Shown here in pieces: positions 1 through 14,464 of a stretch of DNA of 64,000 nt. The first letter of the stretch is position 1; each line of letters begins with the position of its first letter. Both the position numbers and the translations under genes were made by a program. Under the pieces are notes generated by a model, which had not been told where the DNA came from, made no database searches, and was given only the letters and a program-made list of their open reading frames with translations. Source of the DNA: the human T2T-CHM13v2.0 reference genome, Homo sapiens. The stretch is taken from the NCBI RefSeq assembly GCF_009914755.1, contig NC_060926.1. The stretch is one strand, 5' to 3'.

Positions 1-779
1 TCCTTTCAATACTTCTTACTAAGATTTTCTTTGCTTTGCTCTTTGGAGTATACTTTACAAGGCATTCTCCAAACTGTCTCTTTGTTTGATTCCCTGGAGA
101 TGTTTACATCTTCTGCCAGTGAAAAGATGATAGCTGAGTGAGCATTGTGTCTTTCCTCTCTGAAATGGGAGAAGGGCAATTGTGAAAGACAAGGCAGAAA
201 AAGACAATCTACAGCTTTTAGACAGTTTTCAGGTAGGTTAGTTTTAAGAAATAGTACATGTGGATCTGGAAATTAAATTTCTTAAAACTATACATGCTTT
301 TGTAACCCCAAGCCTTCGTACTGTACCAACAGATAAAAATGTTCAATTGTTTGAAAGCTGCTGCCCTGAAGAAGAACTTGAGCAGAACTGCCCATTTATT
401 TCCTTAAAAATGAAAATAGGAGAGAATAGATGAACAGAAAGTTATGAGGGCAGTATGAGGAAGATACGATGTGCAGGGAGGCTATAATATTATATTTTGA
501 GAAAAAAAGAAGTGGGAAAGGTCAAACAGAATTAACCATAACACTTTAAAATCAAAACGGATTGCCAAGTTCAGAGAAAGCTTATCTTCCATCTCAACCT
601 TGCACCAAAATTAACAAATCTAAAAATGACTAGATCTTTAAAAGTCAAACACTATGCCTATAAAGTTTGCTTATTATGAAGTAGAGTGTGTAGGAAAGCA
701 AGATGATATACTTATCAGGTAATATTCTGATATGTTTACCTATAGATTTTCCATTCTTCATTGCCATAAGACCTTAGGC

Positions 780-1706
780 CATTTTACCACCAATTAAGGG
801 AAGCCATAGCAGACACTGAAAAACCAAAAAGAAGGATTTCTTGGCTTTGGAGTTTTCAAATGTTGAAGTCCTAACACAAACAACAGGAGTGGAAGGAAAA
901 TTCACAAGCCACTGGGATGCTGCAGAATGAGTAGATAAGGCTCTCTCCACCGATCTTTGAGCTGGGGCATGAGAAACATCAGAGAGAAGAGCAGAAGAAT
1001 TAATTCTGTTTAGGAATAGGTCTCTGATGGCTTTCTGTCTTGCATTTTAACCCATCTGAGCTTCATGCAAAGAGGCACAACAGAATCTCTACACAAGTTA
1101 TGGGATTCGAGAGCAGAGGATATCTGAGCCCACAAGAACCATGCGGTTCTAGACTTCCCAGCATGTAAGTTGCTGTAGCAATAAAGTAGACATAATTGTC
1201 CAATGGGTCTAGATGTGAGATTGCCCTACTAAGTTTCCCACAGTGATAAACTTAAGATAATATCCAAAAGATCCCTCTGGAGATCTTAAAGCTGTAGAGA
1301 GTGACATCAGCGTTAGGATGTTGAACAGACACAATCATGTGTGTAGACTTTTTTTATCAGATCCCAGATTGGGAAAAAAAAAAAAAAGTTTTCCACATGT
1401 CAGAGCAGAATGGCTCTTACTGAATAGGAACCAGGAAAATAAAAATGCTGCAAAAGATACCAAACCAGGCCAATAGTGACCAAGAACCCAGCCACCTTTC
1501 ATGGGCCTTGATGTGAGTCAGAAACGTACATGCAACTTTTGAAACAAAGGGAGAAAATAATAACACTTGATCTGTTAAAAAAAAAAAAACTAATGGATTG
1601 AGTTTATTAACAAATGGCTAATTTTCTTTTAAAAACAGTCTTAAAAGAGCTGGTGGCAGAAATTAATTAGAGTTATGCAAAAAAGTTACATATTTTACAC
1701 ACCACA
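780..1706. mobile_element. Probable ancient LTR-like fragment (family uncertain, MamGyp-like ending)
   Basis: GC-elevated, non-Alu/non-LINE segment ending ...gcaaaaaagttacatattttacacaccaca, which resembles the ends of old mammalian Gypsy-type LTRs as I recall them. Not verified. Confidence 0.3.
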
Positions 1707-1759
1707 ATTGATACATCTTAATAACCATTGGTACATAAAATTAACATAATAGCTGTAAT

Positions 1760-1950
1760 TTATGGAGAACTTTCTCTCCAGGTTTGGTGTTCAGTACTTT
1801 GCATGCATTATTTTATCTTCTAAACAACTCCATAATTTAGAAATTGTTTTACAGCATTCCCATTTTAAAAGTCAGTAAAGCATAGTGATTTGCCCAAGGT
1901 TACCAAGCCAATAGGTGGTAAAATCAGAAATAAAATTCAAATATATTCAC
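1760..1950 (-). mobile_element. MIR SINE fragment
   Basis: Antisense MIR core: cccattttaaaagtcagtaaagcatagtgatttgcccaaggttaccaagccaataggtggt. Confidence 0.75.
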
Positions 1951-2095
1951 ACCAATTATCCTACCCTTAGTAATTACACCAAATAACTATGACCATAAAG
2001 ATGGATAGTGATGTTGGTGAGTGAATATGTAAACTGTAGCTATATTGAAGGTTGTGTTTCCACCTCCTACTTTAGAGGACCTAGTCATCCAGTTT

Positions 2096-2317
2096 TAGGG
2101 ATTCTCAGTGGTCACTATTGCTATCTTGGGTCATACAATTTTTTGTTCTCAATTGTTTGTCCTATGCATTGTAGGATGTTTAGCAACATGCCTAGCCTCC
2201 CTCTGCCCACTAGATGCCAGTAGAACTCCCACCCCCAAGTTGTGATGACAACAAAAATCTCTATTCATTGCAAAATTTTCTCTGGGGGGCAAAAGAGCCC
2301 CTGGTTGAGAAGCACTA
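2096..2317 (-). mobile_element. MER20 (hAT-Charlie DNA transposon)
   Basis: gcattgtaggatgtttagcaacat...cccactagatgccagtag...ggggggcaaaa...ggttgagaagcact matches the reverse complement of the MER20 consensus. Confidence 0.85.
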
Positions 2318-2818
2318 GGTAACATACATTTAGAGTGACTGAGTGGCCAAAGGACCTCTTTCTTTACCCACTGTCCTGAGTCCAGTTTTGAGATTTGTTG
2401 TGATCTCATAACTGATGTTGAAGACTTGAATCCAACTAATTAAAAGAATTGGAGCTGTATCTACAACTCATGAAAAGAAATTGCATCATGAGACATATTT
2501 TAAAGTTTTATTACTCAGCTATTCCTTAAAGAAATTGCTGTATTGCTTAGCTAAACATTCTTAGGTCAATTATCCTATATGTGCATATTCTTTAATTTCT
2601 TACATGAAGATTCAATATCCAATTTATATAAAATGATTATAATGATAACATTAAAAATAAACCCAACATTTGTTTAAAGGTCATGCAAAGTCATACCGAA
2701 TGGGCCAGTGGTGACCAAGAACCCAGCCACCTTTCATAGGCTTTGATGTGAGTAAGAAAGATACATGAAAGTTTGGAAATAAAGAGTGAATATAATACTT
2801 CCTAATCTGTTAAGAAAC

Positions 2819-2889
2819 TACAACACACAGGACAGCCCAAAACGTTCCTCAATTCAAGATGTTAATAGTGGCAAGGCTGAGAACCTCTA
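2819..2889 (+). mobile_element. MER20 3' half fragment
   Basis: cacaggacagccc...aagatgttaatagtggcaaggctgagaacc resembles the MER20 right end. Confidence 0.6.
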
Positions 2890-5465
2890 AAGCTGGACAA
2901 CTAGGTCCTCTAAGGTAGGAGGTGGACACAAAACCTTCATATAGCTTCAGTTATATATTCATTCATCAATATCTTTATCCCTCCTTACATTCATGAAGTA
3001 CTCCTGCAGATTCAGGACACTAAAACTTTTACCTAGACCATACTGCAAGGGAAAAAAATATCAAGGATTAATGGTATAATTAGAGAATTATTGATTCATT
3101 TCTTCGTTCAGTTTTAATTCATTTATATCATTCACATGAGCATCCATTCTTAGATAATTTTGACTCTCCATTTATGTAGAAATATATATGAATAGGAGAG
3201 ACATTGATAAGTTCAAACAAAGTAGAGTGTTGTAAGAAAACATATTAAAAGCGGTACCAAAATTATTGAATCATCTATTGATAAAACATGCTGCATATTC
3301 TTATGGGACTATGAGAAAAAAATGCCCAAAGCAATGACTAAATCGTTAATAGACTATACACATTTGAATAAAGTCTAGTATGTTACGTAGTGGTGAGGTT
3401 ACAATACTAAACATGACATATACCTTGAACGTCTAGCAATGCTAAGCTAATGATGGCTAGAATCCTAAATACAGAAAATCATCTGTCTTTGAATAGCAAT
3501 GCTAAGGTTGTTTGATAATAATACAAGTTAAATTAAATTAATTATATGTGATTTTTATAATCATATATAATTGCTATAATTTATTTTATGTAATTTATAT
3601 AATACCATAAGATTAAATAAAAATTAGAAGTCAGAGCTTGATGTTAGGAGAAAGTAAGTTTTGGACCAATAGAAAAGGGATTAATTTATTATAGAATCCA
3701 TTACCATCAGAAATAACATGCGTTTAAACAAACGAATAGATTCTAGAAAGCTTTAGATGATTTAAATGGGTGACAACTCACCATGCATAATCTTTTGATA
3801 ATGAAATATATTAAAATAAAGAAAAAGGAAGTAAAGACATAACCAATACATTAATTTCTGCTTTTAGTTCTATAATGATAAGTAATGATCACATATTTTC
3901 TGTATGTAGTATATAAAACTAAAAGGCAATGTTTTATTGGTATAGACAAATCTTTCTGTTACTCTTTCTCTAAACAACAAAAATAACAAAGTATAAGTAG
4001 ATAGATTTAATATAACCCACAGTCCATTCTGAGTACATCTATAATAAGGAATATTTTTATCACCCAAACATCCACATAACATATATATAAACAAAAATAT
4101 TAATATAAATAACTTATCTATAAGAACTCTTATGTGTCTGGTTTGTAGGATGAGAAAGAAAAGTATGCTTATCTGTTTTGACAGTGATCTGATTAAAAAG
4201 AACCCACAATATAGTGAATTTGCTAAGGGTAGCCATTTTAATTAAGATGACCTTTCAATATTGGTCTGTTACATTTCTAGTTAGCTAAATTTGACGATTT
4301 TTATGAATTTTTGATTAAGCAAGATGTTTAGTATAAAGGAATCAGAAATATCGTTGATATTTTTAAACATGAAATTTTGAGCTTATTAAACATACCATTC
4401 TGAGCAGGCAAGCATGAGAAATTTTAAATATGCTTTGCATTTCACAACAGCTTCCTATTATACAGAGATTCAACCCTCTAATGAACTCTATTTGTTGACT
4501 CATGCAAGAAAACAAGGTAATTGCATTATCTCAACCCCACTGACTTTTTAAGCCATGGTGTTAGAACTATTACACCTATGTTTGAAATGAAATATATTAA
4601 AAATAACCAAGTTACTTTGAGGAAATTGGGCATAACCTTTTCATATAAAAGAAAGAAATCTCATTGAATTGGAATAAAAGTATACTTCGAGTAAGAACAT
4701 TTAACTCACTAGATAAGTGTAAAACATTAGCATTACTCTGCAAAAGTTATAAAGTGATTAAAAATGACATAAAAAGTACAGTACAAAACTTAATTGAATC
4801 ATGTTTGATAGAAAATGTAAGGCCAGAATATTTAATGACTATCTAGTTTAGGGTTTTTGTGTTTCTATGGGCTATTTAAGATTGCCTTAGTTCCTTTTTG
4901 AATGTTTTTCTCTCCTGAATGATGAAAATAAATAAAGACCTATTTGCTGAGTGTTTATAATACACAATTTTTCTCTTAGTTTTGTCCATGTGGGAGGTGA
5001 GGAGGAATGAGTAGGGATGATTATCAACAATTAGCAGTATACTTTGTAAGTACAGCCTTTCTATACCTATCTATCACAAGATTATTATCAAGTTATTATG
5101 GAGATTTAAACTTGTAACGGGTATCACAATTATTCTATAAATGGCATCTTGTACTAAATTTCTTTAGATTAAGGATGCTATGTTACAGAATTGTAGTGAA
5201 TATATTCTTATTTCAGAGTCTATAAAATGTTATTTACAAAGTATATCAAGAATATTTACAAACCACATTGCCAAACTATGACATAAATAAAATTTATGTT
5301 TTTCAGTAAAGCAGTAAATCAGGTTATAGCTCTGAATTAAAACGTCAAAAATAATCTTGATATTGATTGTATAACACAGAAATTAATAGAGTAGTAACAT
5401 GGATTTAAAACTGTTTTTATATATATTTTGAAAATCATATTTTGTGAAGAGGGTGGAAATAATAG

Positions 5466-5820
<355 letters not shown>

Positions 5821-6869
5821 GATAATGATAATTTTAAAAATGTAAATTAAAAAATTCTTTTCAGAAAATAAGCTAGTTATCAACATAGGTATATGCAAAT
5901 ACATATCCAACTGTGAACCCATTACATAAAAAACACTGCTTCATTTTAGGAAGCATGAAACATTTTGCCAGATAATACCCACTTCTAGTGTGGATACAAT
6001 CTCAAAACTTTCTGTAAAGCATCAGATATTAGACCTTGTTATGGGGGCATACTGCAATTGAACTATACTTAACAACAAAGGTAAACCAAGCTATCCTGCC
6101 AATTAGAAAGTTAAGGAATATTCCCACAAGTTATTCAAGTCAAAGAGTAACTCAAAACGTCTCTTATAGGCTTTCTTAGAAAGTAAGTAACTAGGACAGA
6201 GCAGTGTAAAGCTCAGAACCATCAGATTCAGTCTGAAGTGAGGTGAAGCTGAAGACATTACCCTTTCAAGCCTAAGATTCTGCACCTATAAAAGAAGACT
6301 AAAACCAGAAGCAAATAAATCAAATCAAATGAAATAATTTCCCGCGTACAGCTCTTAGAAGTCCTATTTCAAATGATTTATAATGCTAAATTTTCATATT
6401 TTTCTTCTTCCTCCCTTTCTCTTCTCTTTCCTTAAGTTTCTCTTCCTTCTTCTATCCTATTTTCATCTTATGAAATAAAGAAAAATACGGGCAAAAAAGT
6501 CAAATAGGTACATATCCATAGCTTTATAAAAAATTCAAATAGGTACATATTTATGCTTGATTGATTTTTTTCTAGCAAGAAAAGCTGAAACTATTAACTC
6601 AGTTTAGAAACTTAGAAAAAAAACATTTCTGAGGAAGAAATCTGTACAAAAAAAATCTATTGTGTGAGACAACATTATTGCAAGGATTCCTATTTTTCCA
6701 ATTTTATTTTCTATTTTCCCTATTTTATTAATCTCTAAATTTAATGCAATAAGAATTAAAGTCCAAATAGGGTTATATTTGAAAGTTAACAGTGTTAATA
6801 TGTTAAGAAACATATGAACTTTTTTGAAACAGCAAAAGAATAATTATTATTATTACAGGTGACGCTACT

Positions 6870-7050
6870 ATACTGTGCCTATCTGGAAGCCAGTATTGTG
6901 CCATTTTTCATAAATTATCCCATTTAATCCTCAGAACAAAACTATGTAAACGGCAATATCATACTCTCATTTTACAGATGAAGTAATTGAGACAGAGAAA
7001 ATCGAAGCATTGCTTTAAATGTCACAGCTAGTACAAAAAGAACCAAGCAA
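6870..7050 (-). mobile_element. MIR fragment
   Basis: catttaatcctcagaacaaaactatg...ctcattttacagatgaagtaattgagacagaga...gtcacagctagta. Confidence 0.8.
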
Positions 7051-7247
7051 CAAGGCCCCAGAGACTGTGCCCTTGAAGATTATACTATACACCTAAATTT
7101 GCAAAGTGATATCTATCTGTCTTATCAAATAATTAAATGTTATTCTGCAGGACAGTAATTACAGTCATGTAGCACTGGCAAAGAAAAGATGGGTGAAATT
7201 GAGTAACCTACGAGTAGGCCAAAGAATGTATTAAAAACCGTGTGTGA

Positions 7248-7615
<368 letters not shown>

Positions 7616-8469
7616 CTACTGTTTATAAAAATTAAATGTTTGCAGTGAAAATAATTTTATTTTGAACATAGATCTTTTAGAATGTTAATTTCAAATAAAT
7701 GAAAACTCAGTAGCTTCTGACTTGAAGTTTGTAAATCAGCACCGATTCTGTTGCAATGAATTAATTAACGGACACTGAAATGATTCTTACAAAGGCAGTG
7801 CAAATACAATTTAGGCTTGATACTGACGGTGTTTTGTATTACATATTATTTTCAAAACATCAAACTGTGCCTATACAGACATTTCCTTTACATAACTGTG
7901 CCCTAAAAAATTTCAGATGGCTTAGGAAAGTTTAGATATATTTACTTCTCCAGCCACATAAATTTGATTTTGCAGGAATGAGTGTAATATTTTAATAGAA
8001 CAGTCTTTATTTGTCATTTCACCTATAAATCAAGAAGTACTCTCCAAAATCCAATGAAGAAATGTTGTCACTGTGCAATTGCACATGTTGTAGCTATTTA
8101 CATTATTTATTCTTACAAAAATCATTCTCACAATGAACTAAATCTGCTGAAATAGTCTGCCAAAAGAACTTGATTTTGTTAATAAATATGCATACTTTAA
8201 TAAATTGGTACAAAGTCTGTTTAGTGCCTAAACATTCCTATCACACCATGAATTGAAGATGATCTGGTATAATTTCTTCAAACTAAATTCTTAGAATTAA
8301 AAAAGATACATCATTATTAACAATCCACTAGAATGAATGCTCAGTAGAGCAAAGACTGCTTTTTAAAAACTTTAAATGTTTTTAATTATGCAGACCCGGT
8401 GCCTAGAACAGTAACTCATCTTTGAAGATGCTCAAAAAAATACTTGTTGAACAAATATATTGTTAAAAG

Positions 8470-8770
8470 GCTAATATTTATCGGATGCTTACTGTTTTCC
8501 AGGTGTCGTGCCAAGCACTTTAAGTATATTTCCTTATTTAATGCTTACAATCACCTAATAAGTTTATACTTCTGCTGTTCGATATTTACAGAAGAGGACT
8601 TAAATGTCAACTCTTTTACTGATTATTTCATTTTGGGAAAGTTGATGAATCTCTTCCTCTCTGTGAGTCTCCCTGTTCTCACCTGTAAGATGGAGATAAT
8701 AAGCTTATCTGGCCTGAGTTGTGAGAAATAATGACTAAAGAAATAAACATTGCAAAGATGTATCATAGTT
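8470..8770. mobile_element. Two abutting MIR fragments in opposite orientation
   Basis: Antisense MIR-like 8470-8600 (gccaagcactttaagtatatt...tttacagaagaggac), then sense core ttgggaaagttgatgaatctcttcctctctgtgagtctccctgttctcacctgtaagatggagataata. Confidence 0.65.
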
Positions 8771-9779
8771 CTAGATACATAGTTGATATATAGAATCACA
8801 AAATATCTTATTTCAATGGACCATAAAAGCATGTTTTTTTCTATCTTATAGTTGTAGTCAACCCAAAGAGAAGTAAGACATAGTTTTCCTTGCTTGAATA
8901 CGTGTAAACTTGTTATTTCTGCTGGCTTAGCTTCACAATGTGACTTCACATTGTCTTAATCAATAAACTGTTTAAGGACATTTAAGGTAGGTGTATGAGT
9001 CCTGGATATGGTCAAAAGTCTTCTTTTGAATTTTCTGCCAAATATAAATCAACATTTGCAAGAAAACTTGCAGAGGAGATGTCACCAGCTTGGAAAAACA
9101 AAACAAGGCAATGCAAGCAATGAAGCAAACAGAGCAGAGGCAGAAGTGGAGTATTCTATTCAGAAATTCTTTAGTACCAACGCTTTTGTTGTCCCTGAGA
9201 ACAGCAGAATGTGGAAAGACATGGTCACAGAGGACTCTGGGTTGAAATCTAGTACAGAAGAACAGGATGCTAAGTGCAAAGGGGTTTTAAAAATAGCTTA
9301 ACTGATTTATTTCACCTGTGTTTTCCTTTTGTCAAGGTACACATCATTATATAAATGAATGTAAAAATATTATGCTATTGGTGAAATCTACCACATTCAA
9401 ACCAACAAGAAAGCATCATGTATTTTCTTTGGCAGTCTTTTTCTTTCTAAGGAGTATATAAAAAAGTAGTGAGTCTTAAAATTGATGGCATTTCAGATTT
9501 CCTAAAATGTAGTAGTTCATGTATTTAGATAAAAAGAAGAATACATTTTATATAGTGCAATTCAAAACTTATCTTCCTTCCCAAAACAAGAATTTATGAT
9601 TTATACCACCTACAAATTGGCATGGTGATTACATTATCACATTCTACATGAATTTCCTCAAAGCTGCATGTGTAGCAAGCTCTTCTCCTATCAATGTTGG
9701 CTGAAGACATAAACAAGATCTTAGTATGTGTTAAACTTTTTTAAGCCCCATATATCCAACATACATTTTTGGTAAAGCA

Positions 9780-10610
9780 ACCATTTGTTGGTACTGTCTA
9801 TGTTTCAGGTCCTATGAGAAACAGAATTCAATGGTGAGCAACAAAAGCTACTTTTCTTGCTGATAGCACTTGGTGTTCAAGGCTATGTAGAGAAGACCAA
9901 CACTGTATTTTGAGATTATATTAGCTGAAAGATATTCTTGAAGAAGTGACACTTGGAAGGAGGTCTGACTGAGTCAAAGATTTTAACTCCAATGGAGAGG
10001 ATATGGAAGATTAGTCTAAGCATTCATGGGTCCCTCTTATGGCTTAAATGATATAATCTGTGTACATCATTTTGTAGGTGCCTGAAACATAATAAGGCTC
10101 ACTTGGCACAAGTTATCTATTTGTATTACTAATAATATTATTACAGTTAGCAAAATAGCAACGTGCCCAAGATCCCCGTGTCATGACAGATTGTGGCTGA
10201 TAAAAGGGTCTCAAAGAAAAGCAGTGTGGCTCAAGTGGAAAGAGAAATGGAAAATTGTGTAAGATGGGTTGCAAATGTAGGTAGGAGCCATTCCAGCCGA
10301 CGTTTGCAGCTGTGCTGTTTTTCTTTTATTCTAAGAAAGGTTTCAAAAGGAGAGAGTGAAAATGAACTGGTCAAATTTAAGCTTATAAATGATGACTTGC
10401 AGCAATGAGTCACAGGGATTGGAAGGATGTCAGATCGGATGCATATTCATTACTTAGATGTTTTGGTAGTAGTTTTTCCAGCAAAAAGCAGTGGCACCAG
10501 GGAAAATATAATACCCGTATGGTAGCCAATAAGTATTTTATTATTTTAGTTTACTTTGAAAATACACGGATAGGCTGTACACATTTTTAGTAAAATGGAT
10601 GTTATAAATA
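9780..10610 (-). mobile_element. L2 fragments
   Basis: Purine-rich antisense L2-like motifs (gaagaagtgacacttggaaggagg; cagtgtggctcaagtggaaagag...gtaggtaggagcca). Highly diverged. Confidence 0.55.
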
Positions 10611-12041
10611 AAATGCTAGTCCAAGAAACAACATATACTTGAGCTTTAATAAGTTTTATTGCTTTTATCAATGCCTGACACTCAATAAATTCTAACTATT
10701 ACTATTATAATTACTAGTATCACCTGCTAAATGAGATACTGGGGTGATAAAACATAGTATATGAAGCATTTTTAATTCCATGGTTCAAGAAAAACATGGA
10801 AGAAAAACAGGTAATATGATATAAACATTGTTCAGAACCACAGCTGGGTCTTGTAATACTTTATATAAAAATATGACAGCATCCCTAACATTGACAGTTG
10901 ATATGAAATTATTGATTGATTAGTTTCTAAGTTAAATGTTTTCACCAAACTGATTTATATCTATGGCAGTATCAGGCAGCCACACATCAACAACAATAAG
11001 ACTCTGACTCAGGTTGAATCTTAAGAAAAAATAAAAAAGAGTAATATATAGGTGGAAAGATGGAAGTTTGAAAAAGTACACAGGCATAGAACATACTGAT
11101 CACATCTTAGTCACACCATAAGAGCTTTATTTAAAGGAATTAAATTCAATGAAGAGATCCGTGTGAAGGCCTCTTAAACAGGTAAGTAAGAGCTTAATGT
11201 ATACTTCTACAAGAAGGTTGGCATAGCAAAATTCAGGAATTCTTAGGAAGATGATAATTAAGAAATAAAGCTATTTCTTATCAATATAACACCCAATCAA
11301 ACCAACAACATGAATGATATACCTAGGTGGTCATGGATAGATACCGAATATATTGGCCACGTATGACAGATGTGGATCACATGGGTACACACTGAGCAAG
11401 TCACATAGTGACAAAGTTTTGAGGAGATCATTCACTCAACAAAAGTAACATTTATATTTTTAGTAAAAATTTACACTTTCTGACGTTCAGCCTTTCATTA
11501 TAGTGATATATTCCCTTGCTCTTATGACGGAGATATTTCCTTCATGTTATTTTTATGAAAGAATAACGTGGAAGGACACACGACAGGCTGACACAATTGA
11601 TTATTTCCAGGATGGGAAGAGAAGATAGAAGAAGATATGGTAGAGGCATGTGATGTGGTTCTCCTTGCTTGTATATCTCCTTGAATTTAGTATTTCACTT
11701 CATGCACTAATCATATATCATTGTTGTAACTTGGGGGAAAAAACACCAAGAAAGTAAAATTTAAAAATATAAAAATCTTTTAATATTGATTTCAGCCAAA
11801 CATGATAATTACTAAACTCAAAACAGGAGTGTTTATTAAACTCACAGGTTATTGAATAATTTTCTTCAATAAGTTCCTTCAATCTCCATACTTCCACTTG
11901 CTGGAAAATATCAGAAAGCTAATCAGTCTTAAATATTAAAACATCTTCACGTTGTTTTTCTGTATTACCTTATTATAAATGAGCTTTAGGTATATTAAAA
12001 TGCAGCATATATGCACCTATGCACATAGGCTCTGTCTCCTT

Positions 12042-12047
<6 letters not shown>

Positions 12048-12087
<40 letters not shown>
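12048..12087 (+). repeat. (AC)20 microsatellite followed by an A-run
   Basis: Read directly from the sequence. Confidence 0.98.
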
Positions 12088-12089
<2 letters not shown>

Positions 12090-12249
12090 TCCGGAAAAAA
12101 AAAAAAACACTAAATTAGAAAGCATAAATTCTTAGGTGATTTTTGCAGGGAAATATTGTTCAGATATTTTAGTCACTCATTTTTGTTGTTGTTTTTCTGG
12201 GTCTCAAGCATCTTCTATAAGGCAATTGTGTATGATTAAAGACAATAGA

Positions 12250-12460
12250 TGCTAGCACCTTAGTGACTAGGTTCAAATGTTGTCTTGGTTGCTTGCCATC
12301 CCTAAGGCCTGGACAAGCTACCCAATCTCTTTGTGCCTTGGTTTCATCATTTGTTAAATGGGAGAATAGTATACTTACCTCCCAGAGTTGTAGTGGGAAT
12401 TACATGAATCAACACATGTGGCATATTTAGAAGATTGTTTGATATCTAGTAGGTCTCAGT
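12250..12460 (+). mobile_element. MIR
   Basis: ggttcaaat...ggacaagctacccaatctctttgtgccttggtttcatcatttgttaaatgggagaatagtatacttacctcccagagttgt. Confidence 0.85.
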
Positions 12461-12894
12461 TTTCACCATTTTCCCTGCCTCTGGGAAAGTATTTTCCCTT
12501 TCAATCCTTGAAGCTGGACTAAGTCTCTTCTACCACTTGTACACCAAATGCCCAGCATATTTTGTTATTTCTCTTTTGCTCGCCTATCTTTTCTTATGAT
12601 TTCTTCCTCCTTTTTCCCAAGCTTTCTCCTTAATCTTCAAACGATTTCTGAGTCTCTCTGTAACATGGGGGTGAAAGTGTAGCATAGCAGTTTTCTCCTT
12701 TACTAAGCATCAATGAAGCACATTTGGAAATAAGCTTAACATGCTCAGGATATCAATGTACATTTTCACATCTCCAAACAAAATACCATTTGTCACAGTT
12801 ACAATACATTTGGGGTCCTTTAATTTCAAGATTTATACAAATGTTTTCACAAATAAATAGTTACCATTTTCCATTTCCTAGTTCTAAGACTGCA

Positions 12895-13075
12895 AGCTGT
12901 GTGGCTTGGGTGTTTAACTTCTCAATTTTCTCACCTATAAACAAGTGATAAAAATACCACCTATCTGATGGGCTTTCGTGAGAAATAAATGAAGTAAAAC
13001 CTGCAAAAATAGTCAAAACAGTGTCTGGCACATAGCAAGTAGTCAGTGAAAGATAGTTATTGATATTATTAGTAT
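12895..13075 (+). mobile_element. MIR fragment
   Basis: ctcaattttctcacctataaaaca...gtgagaaataaatga...acagtgtctggcacatagcaagt. Confidence 0.8.
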
Positions 13076-13320
13076 CATTAACTTTATTTTCCTAAGTGAG
13101 ATGTAATCATAATGCAAAAAATATGGAGCATGTTCTGAGTTCCTTTGAGACAGGGTTGGGGACTGATAGGTTATATAACGTAAGCACTTTCAAAATAACA
13201 TTATCATCATATAATCTATATAGGTAGCACAGAACAATGCTTCACTAAATATTTGACTCAACATGTAATAGGCAATCTGTTTATTTTAGTAAATAAAATG
13301 CTATGGGTTTTTTTCTGTAT

Positions 13321-13535
13321 CATGTTTCTCCATCTTGGCACTACTGATATTTTGGTTCATACCATCGTTTGTAGAGAGTATTTTTGTGTATTGTAGGATG
13401 TACAGCAGCATCTCTAGTCTCTTCCCACTAGAAGTGTTGCACATTCTTCCTGCTGAGGTGTAATAATGTTTCCATAAATTGTCCATTATCCTCTGGGGGT
13501 CAGGAGGCAAAATTACCCTAGGTTGAGAACAACTG
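13321..13535 (-). mobile_element. MER20
   Basis: ggcactactgatattttt...tattgtaggatgtacagcagcatctctagtctcttcccactaga...ggttgagaacaactg. Confidence 0.85.
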
Positions 13536-14359
13536 ATTTACATTGATCTTCAAAGATATAATATTGGGTCATAATCTTCAACAACAAGATATAGCTTATA
13601 TTGAATATTAACAGAATAAAAAATAGATTATTCTTACAACTAACTTAGTACCATCAGCGATTTGCAATAATTAGCCCTTTGTGGGGCCTAATTTGACCTA
13701 GTTCCAACATAAACTCATACCTTTTTTGCTTCTTTAAGATCGAACATCAGCCACACTGTCTTCCTCTCATTTTATTGATGTAAACAAGAGTCAGAGCTTG
13801 GACTTCAGCCATAACAAGACAGCACTTTAAATATGGATACTGTAAAATCATGATGCGCTTCCCAAGATATGCCATTTTTCTCCCCTAAGACTACTCTGGC
13901 CATCTCTAAACCCAGATTTGGTGAAGTCTGCCATTACCCTCTACTAGTATAAGAAAGTAATGTAAATAATAACTCAGGCTTTGAGGACTCACAAAGGTAT
14001 CCAAAATTATGGAAACATGTTTAAGAATAAATTTGAAACTTTCTTGACAAATCAAATAGGTGTTTGTCATTTTACAGTTTATAAGATATGAATCCAAAAC
14101 TAGTACAAAATAAAGGTGGAGGCAGTAGAAAATCTAGTGATGCAAAACAATTTTTTAAACATATTACCAGAGGCAGAAATTATAAGGAATGGGGTCGTTA
14201 TTGCATATACAATGTGAATGAACATATGTACATATATGTGGATATTTATGGGAGACGCTTCACATCTTTCACCAGATTCTCCAATACTTTAAAAACTCCA
14301 AGTATAGTCAGTTCTACTATAACACTTGTTTTGAAAATGCAAATTTTTCCAAGGCAATT

Positions 14360-14408
14360 TGTGTGTGTATGTGTGTCTGTGTGTCTATGTGTGTTTGTGT
14401 GTGTGTGT
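14360..14408 (+). repeat. Imperfect (TG)n
   Basis: Read directly from the sequence. Confidence 0.9.
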
Positions 14409-14464
14409 ATTGTAAGCAAGTATATCTGTAAAGACATAGGTATATTTATATGTGTACAGATATA

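Noticed and set aside
9008-9301. 97-aa ATG-initiated ORF with protein-like composition
   Set aside because: No family recognised, and no poly(A) or TSD of a processed pseudogene; a BLASTP or PhyloCSF hit would be needed
11179-11187. Perfect splice donor CAG|GTAAGT on the plus strand
   Set aside because: Sits in what looks like a decayed MIR 3' end, with no convincing upstream acceptor
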